Positions 47,901 through 59,762 of a stretch of 64,000 bases of DNA are shown one piece after another (the stretch's first letter is position 1; each line of letters starts with the position of its first letter). Below the pieces are notes generated by a model, which was not told the DNA's origin, searched no databases, and saw nothing but the letters and a program-made list of their open reading frames with translations. The stretch covers positions 280,520 to 344,519 of the forward strand of contig NW_005201551.1 of NCBI RefSeq assembly GCF_000372725.1, in the 5' to 3' direction. The DNA comes from Emiliania huxleyi CCMP1516 (lineage: Eukaryota). A program made the translations under genes and the position numbers.

Positions 47901-50900
47901 CGACGCGAGGGACTCGCAGGAAAGCTGGGACGCCTCCGAGCTGGACTGGTTCGTCAAAGCACGCGAGCAGGAGTGGGGAGATACAGGGAGATATGGGGAG
48001 ATATGGGGGGATATGGGTTCGTCAAAGCGCGCGAGCAGGAGACTAATGAGTGAGTAATGAGCCACTTACTAATGAATGAGAATAAACAGCCACTTATTAA
48101 TGAGTGAGAATGAACAGCCACTTGCCAATGAGAGCACGCAGTGCTAATGACCACGAGAACACGTTAACTTGCTGATGACTGGTTGTGGAGAAGAACACGA
48201 ACAGTCTTCAGCCCGCGGGCAGGATACGAGCGCGGAGGCGAAAGAATAGTTAACTACGTCATGGTTAGTGAACTAACTACCGGTGCAGGACGCCGGCGCT
48301 CCCACTGCTTGATCCAACCCTTGGCCCTCTGATGTCCAGTGCAGCACATGCACTCTTGGTGTGTGTGTGCTGTGGGCCCTCCTTGTCTTTGCAGTAGACC
48401 GTGTGGGGTAACACCTACCTACCTACCTACCTGCAGGACGCCGGCGCGGTGGCGGCGCTGCTGAAGCGAGACCGGCAGCGCCTGTCGGCGGAGGCGCGCG
48501 GGCTGAGTACGGAAGTAAAGACGGGTCATAGCCAATCATACCAGCCCACTCTTTCCTTTGCACCTGGCCATATCTCCCCATATCTCCCCACTCTTTCCTT
48601 TGCACTTGGTGCTACAGAGGGCCGCCAGCACGCTGACATCTCCCCTCATCTCCCCATATCTCCCCATATCTCCCCATATCTCCCCATATCTCCCCATGTC
48701 TCCCCGTATTTCCCCATATCTCCCCACATCTCCCCATATCTCCCCATATCTCCCCATATCTCCCCATATCTCCCCGTATCTCCCCATATCTCCCCACATC
48801 TCCCCATATCTCCCCATATCTCCCCATATCTCCTCGTATCTCCCCGTATCTCCCCATTTTCCCATATCTCCCCACATCTCCCCATATCTCCCCGTATCTC
48901 CTCATATCTCCCCATCTCCCCGCGGGAGGTATACCAATCGCACCGCCAGGTGGAAGAGAAGTCATGGGGGCTGCAACCATAGTAGCACTGTTTAGTCAGG
49001 CGGGCGGGCGGGTTGTGGCGGGCGCCGAGGAGATGCACCGCCAAAGCGTAATGTGGCATACCGGAGCGGCGTAGGCGCCGAGGGCTGGGCGGCGGCGGGC
49101 GGAGTGACGAGGCAACCACTCACGTTTAGCAAGGCTGGACTTAAGGCGGCGCCGACGGAACCAACAGCCGGCGTCGGAGTTCGCGTCCTGAAGCGTACCA
49201 TGCTATGGGATCAGGCGCGAGGACTGGCGGCGTCGGACCCGCTGCCAGCGTGGGCGCTCGCCTGCTCGGACAACACACTAAGTCATCAGTGCTCAGAAGC
49301 CTACTCACACGGGTCGTGTGTTAGGTGCTTGTCTGCTCGGACGGAGCCTCGCGCTGTGAACGGCGTCTCTTCACACCTGCTGCTGTGAACAGGTGCTCGT
49401 CTGCTCGGACAGAGTGGTGCTGCGAGAGGGCGCGAGCTAGCCGAGATGCAGCCGAGATGAGCCGAGATGCAGCCGAGATGCAGCCTAGATGCAGCCGAGA
49501 TGCAGCCGAGATGCAGACGAGATGCACCCGAGATGCAGCCGAGATGCAGCCTAGATGCAGCCGAGATGCAGCCTAGATGCAGCCGAGATGCAGCCGAGAT
49601 GCAGCCTAGATGCAGCCGAGGACGTTGCGGCGGCGGCGAGGCGCGTGTGAACGGCGTCTCTTCACACCTGCAGCTGTGAACAGGCGAGAGGACGAGCTAG
49701 AGGACAGCTCTGGTGTGAACGGCGTCTCTTCACACCTGCAGCTGTGAACAGGCGAGAGGACGAGCTAGAGGACAGCTCTGGTGTGAACGGCGTCTCTTCA
49801 CACCTGCAGCTGTGAACAGGCGAGAGGACGAGCTAGAGGACAGCTCTGGTGTGAACGGCGTCTCTTCACACCTGCAGCTGTGAACAGGCGAGAGGACGAG
49901 CTAGAGGACAGCTCTGGTGTGAACGGCGTCTCTTCACACCTGCAGCTGTGAACAGGCGAGAGGAGGAGCTAGAGGACAGCTCTGGTGTGAACGGCGTCTC
50001 TTCACACCTGCAGCTGTGAATAGGCGCGCTGGCCGTGCTGAAGCGCGGCGGGTGGCACTTTAAGTTCCCAGACACCAACGTCTTCTTCCTGCTGACGCGC
50101 CACGCCGACGGTGCGCCACCCCCCCCCCCCTTCCCCCTTCCCCCCCCCCCCCCCCTTTTTTTAACGGAGGCTGTTTTGCAGTGAGGGGTGCTCTGCGTGA
50201 GAACTAATGGTTAATTAATGGTTCACAACAGCCCCCCCCCCCCCCCACCACCCCCCGCAAGAGCGGAGATTTGCTTCATCCGTAATGTGGTTCGTCGTTC
50301 CTGACAGGCACCCCAAAAGAAGCTAAAAAAGGAGCTTCAATGAATAGTCAACGATGAATTTAATGACTATCAGGCGCCGTCACCCCGAAAGAAGCAGATC
50401 TGCAGCGAGGGAAACTGCCGCAGCACGCCGTCGTACTGGCGCGCACCTCTGGCGCTCCCTCGCCGCTACCATCTCTGTCTGTGAGAGAGCCGTCCGCTTT
50501 GAGTTTACTGCAGGTGCGCACCTCGCGCTACCTCGCCGCCGCGCGCGCCCTCTCTGTGCCGCCCAGGAAGCCGTCGGAGATATAGCCGAGATGTGGCCGA
50601 GGTGCAGTTGAGACATCATCCAGGTCGCCGTCGGAGACATAGCCCCGCGTTATCTCAGCGACATCGATATTGATAGTGATGCTACAGGTGAACGGAAGCC
50701 CGTCGGAGATCCGCGCGATTGAGAGCGTTAAGACAAAGGTGAACAATCATGCTGACGACTCTTGTGATTGGCAACAGGAAGCCGTCGGAGCTCCACGTAC
50801 GCGAGGCGCTCAGAGCGCGACGCTGCGCCCCGTGTGTGTGCGCGCGGCGTCTCTTCACAGCTGCAGCTGTGAACAGGTGCTGGAGGCGACGCTGCGCGGC

Positions 50901-50940
50901 GTCGGCGCCACCCTCGGCGCCACCCTCGCCGCGATACAGC
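44984..50940 (+). CDS. Secretory-pathway GT-B/GT4-family glycosyltransferase with long C-terminal extension (end uncertain)
   Basis: Signal peptide; KLRVLLIAP..WGFG; RKALDVAVLAF; ADVLLMPSKSEGFGLPLLEAQRVGTPAV (EX7E motif). Exons after 47600 only tentatively assigned. Confidence 0.8.
46038..46198 (+). mobile_element. Introner-like intron, copy B (GT4 gene)
   Basis: GC-AG; starts GCAGAGCAG, next exon starts GCGGAGCAG; removal gives in-frame APS|AEQML. Confidence 0.85.
48300..48431 (+). mobile_element. 5'-truncated non-LTR insertion with (CCTA)n tail
   Basis: 16-bp TSD TGCAGGACGCCGGCGC at 48284-48299 and 48432-48447; homologous to 310-392. Confidence 0.85.
49646..50023 (+). repeat. 68-bp tandem array, 6 copies, of the TGTGAA..TTCACA hairpin acceptor module
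   Basis: TGTGAACGGCGTCTCTTCACACCTGCAGCTGTGAACAG at 49646, 49714, 49782, 49850, 49918 and 49986. Confidence 0.92.
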
Positions 50941-51232
50941 CGAGATGTTTTCTTAATGCTGATAACAATCTAGGCTGTGTTAACAGGCACGCTGGGGATG
51001 AAGCTCAAGCACGACGTGATGGCCGACCACATCCCGAGCTAGTAGCTGCTCGAGGCAGCGCTATTGGGCCTGCTCTCCGGCAGGCTCTCCTACTGTAAAT
51101 TCTTTTCTTTTCTCGCACGCGCCTTGCCTGTCGAATCGTGTTCGTGTGTGTGAGTGACAATTCTTGATACGAAACCACGACGACACTCGACACACACCCA
51201 GTTGACTCGCATCGGTTGCCTCCATGACACAC

Positions 51233-51284
<52 letters not shown>

Positions 51285-51561
51285 GAGAGAGATTTTAGAT
51301 CTTCTTCACATCTCTTCTCAAAATGAACTCGGGGGTACACCAACAGGCACGGGCTGCCTCGTCTGTGGGGGGGACCCCCCCATCTTTGTTTACCGAATGC
51401 GTCTCTGGATTAGAGTGCGTCTAGTAGGCGTCCTACTTAACCCTGGTAGGTGGACAAAAGTATGCGTTTTTTGGCCTCCCCTCCCTAACATTAGCCGGCC
51501 AAAATGTGCTCCTACCGGCTAATATTAGGGAGGGGGGGGCGGTCGGGTGTCAGACCTAGCG

Positions 51562-53560
51562 CTAGGCGTGCGAGGCTGGTTGGTGGTGCGGAACTGGTTG
51601 TAGCCCGGCTCGGGCGGCAGCGTGGGGTCGTAGCTCATCGTATTGCGTGGCTACAGTACAGACAAATGGTCTAAGCAGCGACTGCTCAATCACATGGCGC
51701 TGCGGTGCTGCGGTGCTGCGGTGCTGCGGTGCTGCGGTGCTGCGGTGCTGTGGGGCTATTAGGCTGTTAGGGGTTGCGCGGCTGCAAGCTGTGACGGTGT
51801 CTCCCTGTTGCAAGGGAGGCGGCCGGCTGGCGGGACGAGGTGGGCGGAACCTTGCAGAATCGCCGGTACGGAACCACATCCGGGACCTGGAGAGGGGTGC
51901 AAGTAGGGGTTGGCGAGCTAAGTTCTATGCGCGACAGTTGGCATGGGCAAGGCTGGCGCTGGGGCACGGCAGAACAGCCCGCCTTCGACGGTCTCCTCCA
52001 GTCCACGGAGCACCTCGTCCAGCTTGCTGGGCCGGCTTTCGCTGTGCTCCCCAAAGGCGTGACTCATCGAGCCGTGTGCGATCGCGGCCTCATCCGCCGC
52101 CACAGTCGGCGATGCAACGGCCGCAGCTGCTGCCGCTGCCGCTTCTGCCGCCTGAGCGATCTCCGCCGCCTTCCGAGCCACATCCACCTCGCGCCGCAGC
52201 GCTGCAGCCTCCTCCGATGCGCTGCGCCGAAGATCCGCGTCCGCAACGCGCGCCTCTTCCAGCGCCGCCCTCAGCTCGTCGCACTCCTCGCGCATCGCTG
52301 CCGCCGCCGCCTCGCCCTCTGCCGCCCGCTCGTCCGCCGCCGCCGCCGCCGCCGCCGCCTCGGCGAGCTGTGCGACTGCCGCAGCCACCGCCTTTGAGTC
52401 GCGGCTCGCCGCAGCGGCCGCCTCCGCGTCGCGGGCCCGCTGTTCTGCCGCCTCCACGGCCGCCGCGAGGGTCGCCTGCTGCTCCTCAGCGGCGACGACC
52501 GCCGCGTTAAAGTCGCGTTGCGCCGCCCGCGCCTCCGCAGCCGTCGCCTCTGCAGCCGCAGTCTCCTTCTTCGCCTGCCTCACCTGCTCCGCCGCCCGAC
52601 GGAGCCGGTCGTCCGACGCGGCCGCAGCCTCGTGCAAGGCCGCGTCGCGCTCGCCTCGCGCCACGGCCGCCTCCTCCTTCCGGAGCTCGAGCTCCGACCG
52701 CGCAGCCGCCGTCTCGGAGGCCTGAGCAACCACCTCCTCTTGCAAGGCCTCCGCCTCGGCCCTCGCCGTTGCCGCCTCGGCCGCCCGCGCCGCAGCCTCC
52801 TGCCGCACCACCTCCACCTCTACTCTCGCCGCCGCAACGTCTGTCGTCAAATCCGAGAGCGCCTCTCGCAGCCCCGACGTCTCACTCATCGCCGCCATGG
52901 CCTCCGCCGCCGCGCGATCCGCCTCGGCTCGGGAAAACTCTGCGCTCTGCTCAGCTCGCTCGGCGGCCAAAAGCGCCTCTTCGTGCTCCTCCCTCGCCGC
53001 CGCGAGGCGGGCCGCTAGCATGTCCCTCTGCGTCTCCGCGATGGCCGCCTCCGCCCTCGTCGCCGTCGCGATCGCTACGTCCAGCTCCGCCTCCGCCTCC
53101 TCCGTCTCGGAAGCAGGCACGTCAGGGATCGCCATCTTTGCCGCTGCCTGCCTCGCCGCCACTCGCGCGGCGCGGCGCGCCTTCTCCAGCTGCTGCCCAA
53201 GCCGCGCTGCCTCTGCCTATCAACACACGCGCTTCGCCTCAGGCGAGCTGTGGCACGCACCGCCCGGAGGGCACCGCCCCCGAGCGTCACCTCTGAAAGG
53301 TCGAGCTGCCGCCTCGCGTCAACCTCTCGCTCCTCCGCGTCGCGCGCCGCCGCCGCGATCGCCGCTGCTGCGTCCGCCCTTGCCGCCCGCGCCGCCGCCT
53401 CGGCCGCCACGGCCGATCCCGCAACCACCTCTGCAGCGGCGGCCTCCTTGGCAATGGCTGCAGATGCGGCCCGGTCGGCAGCGTGCGTGGCCCGCGCCGC
53501 CTCTCTCGTCGTCGCCGACGCCGCGCGGCACCCGTCGCCGCGGACGTGGGCCGCATTACT
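51562..53560 (-). CDS. Ala/Glu-rich coiled-coil protein; start not resolved
   Basis: Long heptad-like ORF 53162-51918, upstream exon to ~53290 and probable small 3' exons. Confidence 0.65.
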
Positions 53561-53687
53561 CGCGCGCGGCGCCGGCCCGGTCGCGAGGGACTTTCCGTTT
53601 CATCGGTCGTTGGATAGACAACCGTCGATGGACGCGTCCCCCCGGGGGGGTCCGCGAGCGAGTGTTTCTTGTTTTTAGGTTTGTTTA

Positions 53688-54110
53688 GCAGATCAAGACA
53701 CAGAGCTCACACAAAATCACTGTGTGTCTTGTGAGTTTGTGTGTCTGTGTGTCGCTCCAGCGTGTGCCGTCATCTCTCCCCTGGCCTTGCGTCCATGTCC
53801 AGTCCGAGCCTGGCTGTTCTTCGCCTTCCAGTGAATCAATCCCCAGTGTCCACTTGGCAAGCCTCTGGCGCACTTGGAGCACTTGGAGTGCGGTCATTAA
53901 CCTCACGCCCAGGACCGATTGGTTGAGAAGCTGCCGAGCCCAAATCACTCTGGTGCCACATTTCTTGCTTGGTTGATGGATAGAAAGGCGAAGAAAGGCG
54001 AAGAAAGGCGAGGAAACAGTCGGGCTCGGACTGGTCTCCAGCGCGGTATGGGTGGACGCGGGACAGATGATGACGACACGCACGAGCGACACACAGACAC
54101 AAACAAGCCG
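53688..54110. mobile_element. Two tail-to-tail copies of the retroelement 3' region seen at 31692-31820
   Basis: CCAGTCCGAGCC..CTGTT on + at ~53800 and its reverse complement at ~54015, followed by CGCGGTATGGGTGGACGC..GACACACAGACAC. Confidence 0.75.
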
Positions 54111-54229
54111 GGGAGCTAAGAAGCGCGCCCAGGTAAATCATTTATTTCGCTGCTCGACAGCGTCTTGACCTGGTCGACGGTCTTTACCTCGAGCAGCGCA
54201 CAAGTCGCCCACAGGCCCCGTCTCGCGCC

Positions 54230-57200
54230 ATGTCGGCAAAGGGAAGCCTCCACGCCGCTGCGAAGTGAGCGCGCCGCCGCGCCCTCGCCTCCTCGCATTC
54301 GCATCTAGGACGCCGCATCACACAGCGCCTCGTGCGACGGGCGCAGCGCACTCGGGGATGCTTGGGTGAAGAGAGAGGAGGCCGCTGGGTGGGTAAGCGA
54401 ACACCAGGCCCTGCCACCGCCGCCGTGCCGCCAAATCACCGCCGCCGCCCGCCGCCGCCCGGCTGCCGCGCCTCACGATCTCACGGGCGCGCTATCTCAC
54501 GCCGTGGGGCGCCGTCGGGCGGGCCTCCCTCCATCTCCTCGGCAGCTCGCGCCTCCCTCGACGCCGCCCCTAGACTGAGCTCGAGCAGAGACACGCGCGC
54601 CACACACCGTGACTGTGCACACACACAGACACAGGCTCTGATGGGGTCTGAGCGATGGGAGCCTCGTGTGGACACAGCGACACAGACACAGAGACACGCT
54701 CGTGTGGATGCATGTCTCCCGACACCAGCGCGGTATGGGTGGACGCGGGACAGGAGAGGACGGCACGCCCTGGAGCGACACACAGACACGCAGACACTCG
54801 CGCAAGACCCAGCGAGGTCGGCTGCCACACATACCGAGAGTAAGATATCACCGCACACACCGCGCGCACGCGCCGCGGCGGCAGTTCCTCCTTCTGTGCA
54901 ACTGATGCTCGCTCGGCCTGAGAGAGCTCCACACGCCTCTCGCCGCAGGGCCAAGCCGAAGCCGGACTGGTCGCTGACGCCCAAGGCGAGCGCCAGCGGG
55001 AGATTGTATCGCGGAGATTCGGAGATTTCTAGTGGTTGTTTTCTTCTCCAGGCGAGCGCCACTCGATGCTTGACCTCGCCGCTAATTAATAATTAATCAT
55101 TCGTTTCTTCTGTCTTCAGGCGAAGCGGAACTCGATGCTTGACTTCGCCAAGGCCATCGCCAGCGGCGAGGAGGAGCAGGCACGCAAGTTAGTGCATACA
55201 CAACGGACGGTCACTCCTGAACTAGTTGATGGGTAGAAAGGAACAGGGGCCCGCCTGTTGTATACTTTGGAGACAACGCACACCGCTCATTAGTTTCCTT
55301 ACCTTACCGTGCCTTACCTTGCCTTACTTTGCCTCAACTTGCCGTTAGGGCGCGGCGCCGGAGAAGTCGCAAGGGTTCGCGATGCGGCCGGAGTCGTCCT
55401 TCTACCAGGCGATGAATCTCATGTATTTAATTACTCCTCTATTTTAGTTATTTATTAGATGCGGCCCGTCCTATCGAATCGAATGAAGAAATCACATTTA
55501 GTTCATTCTCCTCCTCCTTCTCCTTACCTTACCTTCTACCCGCAGGCGATGTCGGACGTTGAGGCGCTCGCCGACTGCCCCTTCTCCTCCTCGGGCGACA
55601 GTCACGAATTACCATTCTAACTCGTCATTGATTCATCGATACCTCAGGCGCCCGCGGACTCCAAGTCTGCCCTCGTGAACCTCGACACACTAACGCATGA
55701 TTAATCATTCATCAACTGATCACTTCAGGCGCTCGCGGACTCCAAGTCTGCCCTCGTGAACCTCGACACACTAACGCATGATTAATAACTCATCAACGGA
55801 TTACTTCAGGCGCTCGCGGACTCCAAGTCTGCCCTCGTGAACCTCGACACACTAACGCATGATTAATAACTCATCAACGGATTACTTCAGGCGCTCGCGG
55901 ACTCCAAGTCTGCCCTCGTGAACCTCGACACACTAACGCATGATTAATCATTCATCAACGGATTACTTCAGGCGCTCGCGGACTCCAAGTCTGCCCTCGT
56001 GAACCTCGACACACTAACGCATGATTAATCAGTCATCAACTGATTACTTCAGGCGCTCGCGGACTCCAAGTCTGCCCTCGTGAACCTTGCGGACAACTTC
56101 GAGGCTTTCCCGGGGTCGATGCTGGTGGACGAGAAGGGAGCGCCTAGGGGGAGATCTGGGGAGATATGGGGAGATATGGGGAGATATGGCGAGATATGGC
56201 GAGATGTGGGGAGATGTGGGGAGATGTGGGGAGATGTGGGGAGATGTGGGGAGATGTGCGGAGATATGCGGAGATAGGGGGAGATCAGTGCGGCAGCCCG
56301 AGCATCGCATTCGCGCGCCTACCTCCCCACATGTCGCTGCTGCTGGACAGTCGAGAAGGGAGCAGCGCCGACATTGTGTGTGGGCGGGGCATGGACGTTG
56401 TGTTGGGCGGGGGCATGGACCCGGCGGAAGGACTTAGTATTCGGAGGGGGTTAGTCGATTGTTGGCGGGAGCCGGCGCGGTGGCGGGGGTGGAGAGGCGA
56501 AGGAATGATTCTTAATTCCAGTGAATACCATCTTAGGCGCGTCGCGTTCCTTTTGTGTACCCCATCGCCAGGCAGCTCTGCCCGGTTTCTTTACGTCTGC
56601 TGTGTTTATGCAGGCGCGGACGCGGTGGCGGGGGTGGAGAGGCGAAGGAAGGAGTCTTAACCTCAATGAATTTATACCATCTCAGGCGCCGACGCGGTGG
56701 CCGGGGTCAAGGCGAAGTACGACGTGTCTCCGGACGGCGAGCTGCTCCACTCCTCGCCCGTCATCAATTATTAGTTGTCAATTGGCGAGATGAGTATTGA
56801 TTGATTAGGCGACCTCTTCCTCCTCGCCCAGATCACTTCTGCGAATCAATGTTAATTCTCCACTCTTTCTAATATGAACTAGGCGACCTCTTCCTCCTCG
56901 CCCAGATCGAGATTGCCTGCCCGAAAGAGACGGCGAGAATGCAGCGAGATTGGAGCGAGATCGAGACGAGGGGTCGAGATCGCCTGCCCGCGCAAGAGAC
57001 GGAGATGGAGCTGCTTTGGGGCGGATATGGTTGTCTCATTAGTTCATCACCTTCCTACCAGTTCACAGTTTCTTAATAAATAAGTTAGTCAGCCAGTCCA
57101 ATTCGCAGGCGATGGACCTCCTCTGGGACGGGCGCGCGCCACGACTGCCTGCGCACGATCTGGAAGAGCCTCCCTCAGTTAACAGGCAGCTCAGAATGAG

Positions 57201-59762
57201 TTAGGCGCGCTACGACCGTCTGCAAGATCTGGAAGAGTCTGGTCGGGTCTCACGAGGTCATCCACGAGTACGCGCTCGCCGCCTCTGCCTGTCATTAAGC
57301 TCTACCTAGCGAATACTCTCATGGTTTAATGAAACAGGTACGCGCCCGCTCGCCGCCTCTGCCTGTCATTAAGCTCTACCTAGCGAATACTCTCATGATT
57401 TAATGAAACAGGTACGCGCCCGCTCGCCGCCTCTGCCTGTCATTAAGCTCTACCTAGCGAATACTCTCATGGTTTAATGAAACAGGTACGCGCCCGCTCG
57501 CCGCCTCTGCCTGTCATTAAGCTCTACCTAGCGAATACTCTCATGGTTTAATGAAACAGGTACGCGCCCGCTCGCCGCCTCTGCCTGTCATTAAGCTCTA
57601 CCTAGCGAATACTCTCATGGTTTAATGAAACAGGTACGCGCCCGCTCGCCGCCTCTGCCTGTCATTAAGCTCTACCTAGCGAATACTCTCATGGTTTAAT
57701 GAAACAGGTACGCGCCCGCTCGCCGCCTCTGCCTGTCATTAAGCTCTACCTAGCAAATACTCTCATGATTTAATGAAACAGGTACGTGCCCGCTCGCCGC
57801 CTCTGCCTGTCATTCAGCTCTACCTAGCAAATACTCTCATGATTTAATGAAACAGGTACGTGCCCGCTCGCCGCCTCTGCCTGTCATTAAGCTCTACCTA
57901 GCGAATACTCTCATGATTTAATGAAACAGGTACGCGCCCGCTCGCCGCCTCTGCCTGTCATTAAGCTCTACCTAGCGAATACTCTCATGATTTAATGAAA
58001 CAGGTACGTGCCCGCTCGCGCCGCACTCTGCACATTAAGCTCTCATTAGCAATGAACGAGTCATTGATTACCGACTCAGGTACACGCCAACCTGCCGCAT
58101 CCTGCACATCAAGTTCGCGCCGCCCTCCCTCGGCGCCGCCTCCGCCGCCGCCACGCCCGAACGAGAGGCACCCGGCCTTGGAGTGAGCAGCCAGTTCTAT
58201 ACTTGATCAGGCGCCGCCGCCGCCGCCGCCGCCACGCCCGCGCGAACGCAAAAGTGGCTCTTTAATTCAGAGTTCTTTTAAAGAGTTATTTTTAGGCGCC
58301 GCCGCCGCCACCTCTGCGCGCGACACGTCCGTCATCGCAAACAAGTGAGATCTAGCCGAGAGAGCGAGCCGAGAGAGCGAGCCGAGAGAGCTAGCCAAAA
58401 GGCAGCCGCGGTCTAGCCGAGGTCTAGCCGAGGTCTAGCCGAGATCTCACTAGCCGAGGTCTAGCCGAGAGAGCTAGCCGAGAGAGCTAGATAGCCGAGG
58501 TCTAGCCGAGGTCTAGCCGAGGTCTAGCTGCGTCGATCGCCCGAAGAGACGACCTCGGCCGAAGCTCGGCCCAATCTCGCGCAATCTCGCGGAAGGTACT
58601 CGAAGACCATCGTCTGCCACTCGATCGTCTCGTCGCACATCCCGCCGGTGCGAATTAGTTAATTAATAACGAGATTTTGATTAACAATTACTGGTGTCGT
58701 CTCGTCGCACATCCCGCCGGTGCGAATTAGTTAATTAATAACGAGATTTTGATTCACAATTACTGGTGTCGTCTCGTCGCATATCCCGCCGGTGCGCGAA
58801 AAACACGATGAGTTAACACTATGACTTATTGATTAACCATTCACAGTAGTAGTACTCAGGGAGGAGTCAGTAATCCCCCGCCCTTACCCCCGCCCTTACC
58901 CCGCGCTGACCCCGCGCTGACCCCAGGTCGACGGCTCGGAGAACAAGAAGGTGCAGTACGTGCGAGGGGACACCAAGGTCCTCGGGTTTGTCGTCGAGCC
59001 GACCGGCGGCCCACACCCTCGCGCTCCGCCCCGATCGAGGGGGCTTGGCCCGAGCTGAATTAACGAGTCTCCGTGATGATGGCAACAGGCCCGAATTCGT
59101 GCTCCGTCTCGATCGCGTGCGACTTCGCGCTCAACGGCGCGCAGAGAGTCGTCGAGAGTCGTCGAGAGTCGTCGAGAGTCGTCGAGAGTCGTCGAGAGTC
59201 GTCGAGTCGTCGAGATTCGTCGAGATTCGTCGAGATTCGTCGAGATTCGGACGTCGCTCAACGAGCAACGGCAGGGAGAGTTACTTAGTGAAGGCTGCCC
59301 CCTGCAGGCGGGTTCGACTGGTGGGTGACGAAGCTCCTCTTCAAGTGCACAGGCGCTAATTACTCGATCAATTAGCTAATAATAATCAATTCGTTGCGAC
59401 CAAGTTCAAAGGCGCTGTTAATCACCGTTCCTTTTTTAAGTGCACAGGCGCCAATCACTAGTTTTAGTTGGTCATACTTGTACTCAATCCGTTACCAAGT
59501 TCAAAGGCGCTGTTAATCAACGTTCCTTTTTAAGTGCACAGGCGCCAATCACTTAATTAATTGGTCATATTTGTACTCAATCCGTTGCGACCACACGCTC
59601 CTCTTCAAGAGCGCTATTAGTCAACGCTCCTCTCAATGGATTCTTCTCGGAACCTTCTCGGAACCTTCCCCGTGCGCAGGCGTCGCGGAGATGGCGGCCA
59701 AGTCGACCGCGACGGATGTCGCAAAGTGCCTCAAGCGGCTCCGCACGGCCTGCGAGGCTTGA
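54230..59762 (+). CDS. START/SRPBCC lipid-binding domain protein, many short exons
   Basis: AMDLLWDG, RILHIKFAPP, RDTSVIANK, SKTIVCHSIVSSHIPP, YVRGDTKVLGFVVEPT, CSVSIACDFALNG, WVTKLLF and C-terminal helix ..LKRLRTACEA*. Confidence 0.72.
55645..56086 (+). repeat. Acceptor + exon-start array, 6 copies, 81-bp period
   Basis: CAG|GCGCTCGCGGACTCCAAGTCTGCCCTCGTGAACCT repeated. Confidence 0.92.
57268..58020 (+). repeat. 74-bp tandem array, about 10 copies, intronic
   Basis: AAACAG|GTACGCGCCCGCTCGCCGCCTCTGCCTGTCATTAAGC.. every 74 bp from 57335 to 58001. Confidence 0.95.

Noticed and set aside
40304..58020. Repeat-spacer arrays as CRISPR
   Set aside because: Spacers are repeated rather than unique, repeats equal exon starts of eukaryotic genes, and no cas genes are present.
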